A stretch of DNA of 41,681 bases from a virus (taxonomy: Duplodnaviria > Caudoviricetes): IMG/VR virus record IMGVR_UViG_3300031965_000071, positions 1 to 41,681 of that record; one strand, given 5' to 3'. Below the pieces are notes generated by a model. That model worked only from the letters and a program-made list of their open reading frames with translations, did not search any database and had not been told where the DNA came from. Positions 33,828 through 41,681 of the stretch are shown here, piece after piece. The position numbers and the translations under genes are program-made. Position 1 is the first letter of the stretch. Every line of letters begins with the position of its first letter.

Positions 33828-33862
33828 GGACGATAGCCGGGCGGGGCGGCGCGGGTGTGGAT
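33828..33862 (-). promoter_or_regulatory. Putative late promoter upstream of the major capsid gene
   Basis: TCCA-N22-TATCGT with GCTATCGTCC core. Confidence 0.5.
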
Positions 33863-35029
33863 CTAGTCGTCGGCGAGGTCGAGTTCGGCGCGGGTGATGG
33901 CGTCGAGGGCCTTGGCGGCCTCGAGGCTCCGCTCGGCCTTGGCGGGGACGACGAGGACGTCGACGAGACCGGAGCCAGCCCGCTTCGCCGCCGTGAGCTT
34001 CCGCTCCTTCGGGGTGATGGTGATGACGGCGTCGACTTCCTGGGCGGCGCCGATGACGTAGCGGCCGTCTTCGTCGGAGGTGTAGTTGAGCTCCCATAGG
34101 GGGCCTTCGCCGTAGGGGTCTTCCCACCGTTCCGCGATGACGACGAGCCGCTCCTCGTCGGGGAAGGTGGCGTCGATGTGGACGGCGTAGAGGTCGGAGC
34201 CGTAGGCGTCCGCGGCCCAGGCGAGGACGGCGGCGCGGAGCGGGTCGAGGAAGGTCTCTTCGAGGGAGCCGGACGGCCGGCCGGAGACCTTGAGCTCGGC
34301 GAGTTGGGCCGAGGTGATGATGCTCTCGCCGGCGTGGAGTTCGGCGAGAGCCGCGCGGAGTTTCGTGGTGTCGGCGACGACGTCGACGGTGATGGTTCCC
34401 GCGCTCTTCGGTTCGGCGTCGAGTTCGAGGGCCTTGAGGGTGGCCTCGACGAGGACTTGCGCCGGCGTCAGACCGGAGACATCCGCAAGGCGGAGCGTCT
34501 TCGCGTTGAGGAGCGCGGTCTCGGGGTTCATACCCTTCAACGTCGGGCCGAGCTCGTGGAGGTTGAGGTCGACGAGGTCGGTGACGCCGTCGGAGGCCTG
34601 ACGCGCGCCGTTCGGTGCGATGTCGAACGCGAAGGAGAATTCGCGCAGGGAGCGGCGCTCGAGGAGGGTGAACACGCGCGACGCGAAGGGCTCCTCGATG
34701 TCGAGGGCGGCCTTGACCCATAGGCCGCCGTTCGCGGCGAGTTCGGCGGGGAGCCGCTCGTCGCCGGGCGCGAGTTCGGCGGCCTCCTCGACGATGCCGA
34801 TATGGGCGTCGAGGTCATCCCATCGGTGGGAGAAGATGACGGGGATGGGGTCGCCGCTCGCGTCCCATTCCTCGAGGGTGCGCGCGAACGCGCCGCGTTG
34901 GACACGATCTCCGCCCAGGTCCACGTTCCCGAAGACCGAGACCACGGCCTCGAAGGTGCCGGCGGGGCCGGACGCGGCCTTGAAGCCGTAGACGGGGAGG
35001 ACGGCCTTGCGGCGGGTTGCGGTGGTCAT
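33863..35029 (-). CDS. HK97-family prohead protease with C-terminal extension
   Basis: GTFEAVVSVFGNVDLGGD, VIFSH, FSFAF, LHELGPTLKGMNPET. Confidence 0.9.
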   Translation of the reverse strand: MTTATRRKAVLPVYGFKAASGPAGTFEAVVSVFGNVDLGGDRVQRGAFARTLEEWDASGDPIPVIFSHRWDDLDAHIGIVEEAAELAPGDERLPAELAANGGLWVKAALDIEEPFASRVFTLLERRSLREFSFAFDIAPNGARQASDGVTDLVDLNLHELGPTLKGMNPETALLNAKTLRLADVSGLTPAQVLVEATLKALELDAEPKSAGTITVDVVADTTKLRAALAELHAGESIITSAQLAELKVSGRPSGSLEETFLDPLRAAVLAWAADAYGSDLYAVHIDATFPDEERLVVIAERWEDPYGEGPLWELNYTSDEDGRYVIGAAQEVDAVITITPKERKLTAAKRAGSGLVDVLVVPAKAERSLEAAKALDAITRAELDLADD

Positions 35030-35041
35030 GGCATTTTGCTC

Positions 35042-37063
35042 CTATCGCGAGAAGTCGACGAGGCATGAGCATCCGGCGACTTCGTCGGCGCCGAGGCCGG
35101 GATCTCCGGGCCAGAGTCCGCCGTTCGAGAAAGTCTCGCCGATGGCGACGGTCTCGCCGTCCATAGCCGCATGCGAGGCGCGGGGGTTGCCGGATGAGAC
35201 GAGCCAGGTTTTCGTACCGGCGCCGGACTGTTCGGCGGCGTCGGAGCGGGCGAAGTTCGTGACGCCGAAGACGCGGTCGCGCGCCATCGCGGTCGCGCGC
35301 CAGGCGCCGGCGGCGGTGAGGGCATCCTCGGCGAGGTCGACGGGGTCGGGGTCGTCGAGTTCGAGTTCGTCGATGAGTTCCTTGGCGAGGGCTCGGAGAC
35401 CAGACGAGGCGGGCGCGGCGAACGCGTCGGTGACGCGCTCGACGGTGATGCGGTTGTATTCCTCGGCGGCGATGCGCGCGTTGTTGAGGAGCCATTCTTC
35501 GGCGCCGGTGATGTCGTAGGTGGCGCCGAAGGTCTCGGCGATGGGGCCGCCGGCTTCGGCGGCGACTTCGAGGGCGAGGCCGCCGAGGAGGTTGGAGAGG
35601 TCGGTGTCCCATGCGGAGGGCCGGCCGTTGGCGTCGAGGCCGAGGGCTTCGGCGGGGGTGTCGCCACCGCGGAGCGCGGTGAGAACCGCGGGCGTGCGCG
35701 TGGCCATGAAGTCGCCGATGAGTTCGGCGTGGCGGGCCTGCCACGGGTCGACGTAGGTGGGGACGGCGCGGACCTTCGAGCGGGCCTTCGTGCCGCCGGT
35801 GGGGAGGGCGAGGGTGTTGCCACCGGACGTCGGGCCGGTGTCGAGGGGTGAGGCGAGGCCGCCGGTGGTGACGTTGAGGGGGACGATGAGCTCGTCGGCG
35901 CCGGCGTCGTCGGGGAGGGGTGGGAGTCCGGCTTCGGCTCGGATCTCACCGCGGGTAGTCCAGGGGCCGCCGGCGGCGCGGGTGCGGGCCTCGGCCTCCT
36001 CGACGAAGGACCCGCGGAGCTTCTCGGCGATCTGAAATTCGAGCTCGAGTTCCTCGAAGTCGGCCGAGACGGTGGAGACGTCGGGGAGGAGTTGGACGAG
36101 GAATTCTTCGGCGAGGTGGGTGAAGAGCGGCCCGAAGGCGTCCTGATAGAGGGCGCGGTGGTCGGCGTCGATGCTGGCGTAGCTCGAGCCTTCGACGGCG
36201 CCGACCGACGACGGGGGGACGTGGTAGGCGCTCGCGCATTCCACGCGGGAGAGTTTCCGGGCGCCGAGGTACTCGGATTCCTGGGCGGTTTGGGTGATCG
36301 GCTCGAGGCGCATGCCGTCCTCGAGGAGGGGCGTGCCGCCGGCGGAGGGGCCGAGACCGGACCACGCGGCGCCGAAGCTGGCGGTGAAGCGGTCGCGCGC
36401 GGCGTCGGTCCATCGGGGGGCTTCGGCGGGCCGGGAGATGTAGGCGGCGGAGCGGGCGTGTCGGAGCCAGAATTGCTCGCGGTACTCGGTGGCGGCGAGG
36501 TCTTCGGCGAGGATCTGTCGGAGGGTCTCGATGGGCGAGATGCCGGTGGCGGTGCCGTCCGGGTTGTAGCCGACGAGGCGGAGGACGTTCTCGGCGGGCC
36601 AGACGGGTTGGCCGGCCTCGCCGAGGAGCCGGAAACCGGACGGCGACATGAGACCGCCGACGGGCTCGACGAGCCGCGAGGGGTAACGGATGAGCGCGCG
36701 GTGGCCGTCGACGTTGGCCTTGAGGGCGAAGGCGTCGTCGAAGACGAGGAAGTCGGAGACGAAGTCGCGCATGAAACGGAACCGGGAGACGCCAGGCGCG
36801 GGCCGGCGGAGGAGTTGGTCGAGGGGGTGGCCACGCTCGTAGCGGCGTTCACGTTCGGAGACGCGGCGCATGGTGCGGATCGTGATGCCGGCGATGTTGC
36901 GCGCAATGAAGTCGACGACGGTGCGGACGTTGGGTTGCGAGCGGTAAATGGCCTCATACGACGCGGAGAGGCCGGTATAGGTGGTGATGGTGAGGGGCCG
37001 CGAGAAGAGGCTCGAGGGGGCGTTGGCGGTGACGACGGTGCCGCCGGAGGAGACGAAGGGCAT
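35042..37063 (-). CDS. Portal protein (HK97 family) fused to MuF/minor head domain
   Basis: YRSQPNVRTVVDFIARNIA, GISPIETL, LLEDGM, YHVPP; C-terminal KTW...PRASHAAMDGE...FSNG..WPGDP...GCSC. Confidence 0.92.
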   Translation of the reverse strand: MPFVSSGGTVVTANAPSSLFSRPLTITTYTGLSASYEAIYRSQPNVRTVVDFIARNIAGITIRTMRRVSERERRYERGHPLDQLLRRPAPGVSRFRFMRDFVSDFLVFDDAFALKANVDGHRALIRYPSRLVEPVGGLMSPSGFRLLGEAGQPVWPAENVLRLVGYNPDGTATGISPIETLRQILAEDLAATEYREQFWLRHARSAAYISRPAEAPRWTDAARDRFTASFGAAWSGLGPSAGGTPLLEDGMRLEPITQTAQESEYLGARKLSRVECASAYHVPPSSVGAVEGSSYASIDADHRALYQDAFGPLFTHLAEEFLVQLLPDVSTVSADFEELELEFQIAEKLRGSFVEEAEARTRAAGGPWTTRGEIRAEAGLPPLPDDAGADELIVPLNVTTGGLASPLDTGPTSGGNTLALPTGGTKARSKVRAVPTYVDPWQARHAELIGDFMATRTPAVLTALRGGDTPAEALGLDANGRPSAWDTDLSNLLGGLALEVAAEAGGPIAETFGATYDITGAEEWLLNNARIAAEEYNRITVERVTDAFAAPASSGLRALAKELIDELELDDPDPVDLAEDALTAAGAWRATAMARDRVFGVTNFARSDAAEQSGAGTKTWLVSSGNPRASHAAMDGETVAIGETFSNGGLWPGDPGLGADEVAGCSCLVDFSR

Positions 37064-37075
37064 GGCGGGGGCCTC

Positions 37076-37303
37076 CTAGGCGGTCGGCGGCGCGAGCCGT
37101 TGCGCGAAGTCGACGTTGTCGACCTCGATGAGGACGTCTCCGTCGAGGTCGTTGGTGACGCCGTCCGGGCGGTAGAGGGTGGCGTTGCGGAGGATGAGGA
37201 GGCCTCGGCGCTGCTGCCAGAGCACGCCGGCGATCGCGGTGCCGGTCTTGAGGTTGACGAGGACGCGGTCGAGCTCGGCGACGCGCAGCCAGGGCTTACG
37301 CAT
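37076..37303 (-). CDS. Small Sm/LSm-like fold protein
   Basis: 75 aa; RVLVNLKTGTAIAGVL...LLILRNA...GDVLIEVDNVDFAQ follows the Sm1/Sm2 pattern. Confidence 0.65.
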   Translation of the reverse strand: MRKPWLRVAELDRVLVNLKTGTAIAGVLWQQRRGLLILRNATLYRPDGVTNDLDGDVLIEVDNVDFAQRLAPPTA

Positions 37304-37338
37304 GAGGGCGGCGCGTGAGGATCGGCATGGCGCGGAGG

Positions 37339-40050
37339 CTATCCCGCGACGACGTCGACGTCGCGGTCCTCGTAGGCGGAGCGGCCGCCGGCGACGTCGC
37401 GTTGCCATTCGGAGAGGGCCATGAGGAGGGCGAGGGTGCCGTCGATCCGGGACCGGGACCGCTTCCGGTCGGGCTTGATGTTGCCGGCCGGGTCGAGCGC
37501 GACGGTCGTATTGGAGATGCAGAACCGGAGGACGGGATGGCCGCCATGGCGGAGGCGCCGCTCGTAGATGAGGGCCTCGGCGAGTTTCATGGGCGGCGAG
37601 AGGGAGGCGAAGCCTTGCCGGACGTCGAAGATGGGGACGCCGGCCTCCTCGAGATGGCTCCGAAGTTGGAGGGATCCCCATGGGTCGTAGCCGACCGCGC
37701 GCAAGTCGTGGCCATGGAGGAGCTCGAGGAGTTCGGCTTCGACGAAGTCGAGGTTGATGGTCTCGCCGGGCGTCGCGGTGAGGAAGCCGGCGTCGCGCCA
37801 CGCGCCGTAGTCGGCTCGGTCCTTCGTCGAGCGGGCCTCGAGCGTGTCGCCAGGCGTCCAGAATCGGGCCATGACGTCGATGGTCTCGTCGGCCTCGTCG
37901 GGGAAGACGAGGACGAGCGCGGAGAGGTCGAGGCTCGAGGAGAGGTCGAGGCCGGCGTAGCACCGTTGGCCGTGGAGTTCGAGCTCGTCGACGATCGAGG
38001 CGGAACGGTCGTAGGCGCCGATGTCGACCCAGGACGAGAGCGCGTCTTGCGGGATGCCGAGGTGAAGGCGGAGGAAACGGTTGAGCGCGGCCGCGGACCG
38101 CTCGGCCTTGAGGGCTTCCTTCTTGAGGTACTCGGGCCGGACGGAGCGGCCGTAGCCGGGGTTCGCGGCGCGCCAGGTCTCCTCGAGTTTCCACGCGCCG
38201 GACGTCGCGACCTTCGGCGCCGCGGCGAAGATGACCCCCCACGTTCCGCCGGTGACAGTGACGCCGGCCGAGGCGTCGACGACGGCCTTCCGCTTCTCGG
38301 CCCATACCGGCGACTCCGATTCGATACCGGCGGTGGTGATGTAGGCGATGAGGGGTTGCTCGCGGGAGCCGGTCGAAGTCTCGAGGGTGCCGATGAGTTC
38401 ACGGTCGGTGATGACGTGGAGCTCGTCGACGATGGCGCCGTGGAGGTTGAGGCCGTGTTTCCGGTCGCCGCCACGGTCGGAGGACACGACGTTGTAGGTA
38501 CTCGCCGTGGCCTCGAACGTGATCGCGCCGGTGAGGCGCGTGATATGGAGCCGCTTCGAGAGCTCCGGCGACTTCTCCGCCATCCGCGCCGCGACATCGA
38601 ACACCGCGCGCGCCTGGGCTCGGTCCTTCGCCGCGGAGATGACTTCCGCGCCGGGCTCGCGATCCGCGCTCAAGAGATAGAGCGCGAGCGCCGCGCAGTT
38701 CGTCGAGTTGTGTGTCGGGGTCATCGATGCGCCAGCGAGGAAGAGATGCGAGGGTGAATCGACCTCGATGCACCGGGTGGGGCCAGGATCGATGGGGGTG
38801 ACCGCTGTAACGTGTCGGCGCATGGAACGGGTCCGAGATTCGGGCCGGTCGCGCATTCGAGCCGCTTTCCTGGGGATGCGCGCGAGCTTGTCGTCAGCCC
38901 AGGGGAAGAAGCTGAGCCGGTACCGGCGGCCCACTTCGCGGCCGTCAAGGACTGCTGCCGACTCCGAGACGCGTGGCTTGTAGCCGAGGGTGCGGACGAG
39001 GGCGACGACGTCGTCCATGAGCCGAGCGTTGGTGAGAGTGATCTCGCATTGGCCGCTCTGTGTGACGTGGCCGTCGGAGTCGATGACCCCGGCGAGGACC
39101 GCGCGCCGCTGCTCGATGCCGGCCCGGAGGTAGACGAGCGGGATGTGTTTCGCTCCGAGGACGCCGATGCTGCGAAGATGCGCGGCGAGCCCGTAGACGG
39201 TGCGGGTCAGTGGCGCCGACGGTGGGGGGTCGCCGACTCTCCATGATTCTCGGATGCCGTCCCATACCTCGGGGTCGGCGTTCGTGACGCGGCCGCAGTC
39301 GGTGGCGCCGTCGCCGAGCCAGACGCCGAGGGTGTAGGGGTCGACGGGGAGGAGCACCGGGGGAAGTTCGAGAGGCCGCGCTACGTCGATGCTCGGAGAG
39401 CCGGTGCCGGCGACAAGGCCTTCGAGGTCGAGGGTGGTAACGATCCGGTCGTACCCCCAGATCGTTACCACCCATTCGTGGGCAGCGTCGGCAACGATCG
39501 TGTCGCCGTCGTCAAGCGTCACCGCGAACCGCGGGCGATCGATCCAGTCGGCGACGTCCGTGACGGAGCACGGCGCGCCGTCGTCTCCGAAGACCTCGTC
39601 TCCGACTGCGAGAGCTCCCATGATCGACCATCCCGACGGCGTCGCGATCGGCGTCGACGGGTCGAGAGCCTTGCCGTTCTTGCGAGGGACTTCCTCGAAG
39701 AGCTCCTGATAGAGGCGGAGCCCATCGGCGCCTTTCCAGCCAAGAACCGGACCGAAGACGTAGACCAGTTGCCAGAGGTCGAGCTCGAGTCGCCGGCCGG
39801 CGAATTTCCGCCCCTTGATATGGCGGAGTTTCCGGGCGAACCGTATGAAACGGACGACGGCGTCGAGGTCGAAATGCACGCCGGCCGCACGCGCCGCGGT
39901 CGACGGCGCCGGCGTCATATGCAACGGCGGGACGAGCTCGGCGAGCTCCGCTTCGATGTCGCGCCCATCGGCCTCGAGCCAGCCGAGAAGGCCGGGGACG
40001 ATCCGCTCGATGCTCTTCCGGGTCGGCTTCCTAGGCGTCGAAGATGCCAT
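37339..40050 (-). CDS. terL: Terminase large subunit (intein-containing)
   Basis: Walker A PRKNGK/ST split by the intein; Walker B IVDELH; ITTAG; GLDLSSSLD; RIDG; start uncertain (40050-40077). Confidence 0.95.
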   Translation of the reverse strand: MASSTPRKPTRKSIERIVPGLLGWLEADGRDIEAELAELVPPLHMTPAPSTAARAAGVHFDLDAVVRFIRFARKLRHIKGRKFAGRRLELDLWQLVYVFGPVLGWKGADGLRLYQELFEEVPRKNGKALDPSTPIATPSGWSIMGALAVGDEVFGDDGAPCSVTDVADWIDRPRFAVTLDDGDTIVADAAHEWVVTIWGYDRIVTTLDLEGLVAGTGSPSIDVARPLELPPVLLPVDPYTLGVWLGDGATDCGRVTNADPEVWDGIRESWRVGDPPPSAPLTRTVYGLAAHLRSIGVLGAKHIPLVYLRAGIEQRRAVLAGVIDSDGHVTQSGQCEITLTNARLMDDVVALVRTLGYKPRVSESAAVLDGREVGRRYRLSFFPWADDKLARIPRKAARMRDRPESRTRSMRRHVTAVTPIDPGPTRCIEVDSPSHLFLAGASMTPTHNSTNCAALALYLLSADREPGAEVISAAKDRAQARAVFDVAARMAEKSPELSKRLHITRLTGAITFEATASTYNVVSSDRGGDRKHGLNLHGAIVDELHVITDRELIGTLETSTGSREQPLIAYITTAGIESESPVWAEKRKAVVDASAGVTVTGGTWGVIFAAAPKVATSGAWKLEETWRAANPGYGRSVRPEYLKKEALKAERSAAALNRFLRLHLGIPQDALSSWVDIGAYDRSASIVDELELHGQRCYAGLDLSSSLDLSALVLVFPDEADETIDVMARFWTPGDTLEARSTKDRADYGAWRDAGFLTATPGETINLDFVEAELLELLHGHDLRAVGYDPWGSLQLRSHLEEAGVPIFDVRQGFASLSPPMKLAEALIYERRLRHGGHPVLRFCISNTTVALDPAGNIKPDRKRSRSRIDGTLALLMALSEWQRDVAGGRSAYEDRDVDVVAG
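38707..39669 (-). mobile_element. Class 3 intein (321 aa) with LAGLIDADG homing endonuclease
   Basis: Begins Ala (ALDPSTPIATPSGW); block B AHEW, block F TRCIEVD, block G PTHN then Ser+1; LGVWLGDG and LAGVIDSDG. Confidence 0.92.
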
Positions 40051-40543
40051 CGGCGTCGTCATCGTCGTCTTCGACATCGACGAGGGCGCCGAGCTTGAGG
40101 GAGAGCCGAGACGCCGGCGTCATCGCGTAATCACGGGCGAGGGAGAGCGCGGCACCGGAGTGCTGCCGGAGGATCTCCGCCGCCGGATGCTTCCGAAGCC
40201 GATTGTGATTCCCCTCGTCACGGTCGAGGAGCTCGAGGTGGCCGCCCTTGCCGCGCAACGCGCGCGCCGCCGCCTGCGCCGTCGCCAGGTGCTCGAAGAG
40301 GAGAGCCAAGACCGGGAGGTCACGATCGGCAATGAGGTCCGGGGTCTCGCTCACCATGAGCGGAACGTGCGCGCGCCACAAGACTTTCGCCGCTCGAGAC
40401 AGGTACGCGGGAGGCGCCGTCCGCTCCGCCGCCGGGACCGCACGCTCGTCGCGCCGACGCTCCGCCACGCGGCGAGGATTCGCGATACCGCCGGGCGAGA
40501 TGGCGACAACATTCGACGGCGCCGGCTTCGGTCCCGACTTCAT
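40031..40543 (-). CDS. terS: Terminase small subunit (P27-like)
   Basis: GPKPAP, PPAYLSRAAKVLW, KHPA, YAMTPASR. Confidence 0.9.
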   Translation of the reverse strand: MKSGPKPAPSNVVAISPGGIANPRRVAERRRDERAVPAAERTAPPAYLSRAAKVLWRAHVPLMVSETPDLIADRDLPVLALLFEHLATAQAAARALRGKGGHLELLDRDEGNHNRLRKHPAAEILRQHSGAALSLARDYAMTPASRLSLKLGALVDVEDDDDDADGIFDA

Positions 40544-40701
40544 CGGCGCCGAGCTCGACGGTCCGCGAGCTCCTCCTCGGCCTTCGTCGCCGCATCGGTA
40601 CGGCGCGCCAACGCATCCTCAACCTCGTCGGCCTCGGCATCGAGCCGGGCGGGGTTCGGGGAACCGGGCCGTCGGGCCTTATTGGAGGCGTTGGCGCGCA
40701 T
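40540..40701 (-). CDS. Small hypothetical protein (53 aa)
   Basis: MRANASNKARRP...ELADRRARRR; ATGA overlap with terS. Confidence 0.45.
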   Translation of the reverse strand: MRANASNKARRPGSPNPARLDAEADEVEDALARRTDAATKAEEELADRRARRR

Positions 40702-40723
40702 GCCGCGAGCGTATCCGCGCGCT

Positions 40724-41155
40724 CTATCCGGTGCGGACGATGCGGTCGAGGCCGCAAGGCGAGAACCGGGAGAGCCAGACGTCGACGTAGTGGAGCCAGT
40801 CGGCCGGCCGCTCCGCTCGAGCTCGCCGGCGGAGCTCCTCGTCGCCGGCCGTGACGAGAACAACATCGGCCTCAAGCTGGCCGGCGATGCGGAGCCGCTC
40901 TTGCCCCTCGGGCGAGCCGGAGATAACCCAGGCGTGACGAGCTCGGCTTCGACCTTCGGCGATCGTGCGAAGCATGGCCGAGAAGGCCTCGAGGACGATG
41001 GCCGCCGCGCCGTCATCGTGGTCATGCTCGGGCCGGCCGGTGATGGCCTGGTAGAGGGAGTCGCGGCAGATGACGACGTCGCCTTCTTGGCGCCGGTCGG
41101 CGACGTAGGTGGACTTTCCGCCGAGCGGAGGGCCGGCGACGAGGGTGGCGCGCAT
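40724..41155 (-). CDS. Small P-loop NTPase/kinase-like protein
   Basis: LVAGPPLGGKSTYV, VICRD, ELRRRARAERP. Confidence 0.8.
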   Translation of the reverse strand: MRATLVAGPPLGGKSTYVADRRQEGDVVICRDSLYQAITGRPEHDHDDGAAAIVLEAFSAMLRTIAEGRSRARHAWVISGSPEGQERLRIAGQLEADVVLVTAGDEELRRRARAERPADWLHYVDVWLSRFSPCGLDRIVRTG

Positions 41156-41169
41156 GCCCTAGAACGTAG

Positions 41170-41262
41170 CGGTTTTGGGTTTCGTGGGGAGTGAATCGGT
41201 TGGGAGCGGTTGCGCTCCTGGCCGACGGTGGCGGGCGGGGCGCGCGCAGAATCTCGACTCCC
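41170..41262. other. Candidate cos/packaging-end region
   Basis: Non-coding gap between HNH and the packaging genes, starting GGGTAGGGGAGTCG on the minus strand; positional inference only. Confidence 0.4.
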
Positions 41263-41592
41263 CTACCCTCGAGCTCGGCGAGCTTCGACCTCGGCTCGGG
41301 TCTTGCGCGCGTGGCAGGGCGCACAAAGGGGTTGCAGGTTCTCGGGGTCGAGGGGGGCGCCGCCGTCTTCGATGCCGATGATGTGGTCGACGTCGGTGGC
41401 TTGGGTGCCGCATGCGCGGCATGCGGGTTCGAGGTGGAGGATGCGGGTGCGGAGTCGGCGCCATTCGGGGGAGGAGTAGAAGCGGGCGCGGGGGTGGAGT
41501 CGGGTGTTGGCTTCGGCGAGGTGGGTGGGGCATCGGCCGTTGCGGAGTGGTGGGTTGGGGCAGTAGGGGTTGCCGTTGCAGTGTCGGGCCAT
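41263..41592 (-). CDS. HNH endonuclease (packaging-associated, HK97 gp74-like)
   Basis: FYSSPEWRRLR...CRAC...VDHI...NLQPLCAPCHARKT. Confidence 0.93.
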   Translation of the reverse strand: MARHCNGNPYCPNPPLRNGRCPTHLAEANTRLHPRARFYSSPEWRRLRTRILHLEPACRACGTQATDVDHIIGIEDGGAPLDPENLQPLCAPCHARKTRAEVEARRARG

Positions 41593-41681
41593 GGGCTCGA
41601 GGGTAGGCGGGGTGGGGGTGGCCTGGTCTCGGGGGCCGGGGTGGGGTGGCGATGGGGGTGGGGTCTATTCGGGTGCCGGTG

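Larger units (their letters stand above)
1..41681 (-). mobile_element. Tailed dsDNA phage genome (HK97-fold siphovirus-like), likely near complete, probable actinobacterial host
   Basis: Full packaging, head, tail, lysis and recombination/replication modules in canonical order, all on the minus strand; no host genes seen. Confidence 0.95.

Noticed and set aside
41593-41681. G-run clusters (also 1-130) as functional G-quadruplexes
   Set aside because: G-richness of the plus strand is genome-wide; no independent support for function
1-41681. tRNA genes, reverse transcriptase/DGR, toxin-antitoxin or defence genes
   Set aside because: No cloverleaf, RT motif, template/variable repeat pair or recognisable defence domain seen by eye

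Overview
This window looks like an essentially complete, probably circularly permuted, ~41.7 kb high-GC (roughly 70% by eye) tailed-phage genome of siphovirus type, most likely infecting an actinobacterium. All credible genes are on the minus strand; the long plus-strand ORFs are GC-rich shadows. Gene order from the right end: HNH nuclease, putative cos region, small P-loop protein, TerS, TerL (with an Ala-initiated class 3 LAGLIDADG intein in Walker A), Sm-like protein, portal-MuF fusion, HK97 protease, major capsid. Next comes an inserted methyltransferase + sulfotransferase + GT4 glycosyltransferase cassette, with the GT fused in frame to the small protein that normally follows the capsid gene. 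Then head-tail genes, an SGNH-esterase appendage, tail genes with a frameshifted chaperone, tape measure, a glycoside-hydrolase/tail-hub fusion and lysis genes. The early region holds an exonuclease, RecT-like protein, RuvC, two DNA methyltransferases, a DnaB-like helicase, HTH and HIRAN proteins. I see no integrase, repressor, DNA polymerase, tRNA or CRISPR array. The strongest candidate for an undescribed system is the capsid-linked glycosylation/sulfation/methylation cassette. All family calls come from motif recognition by eye; no searches were run.
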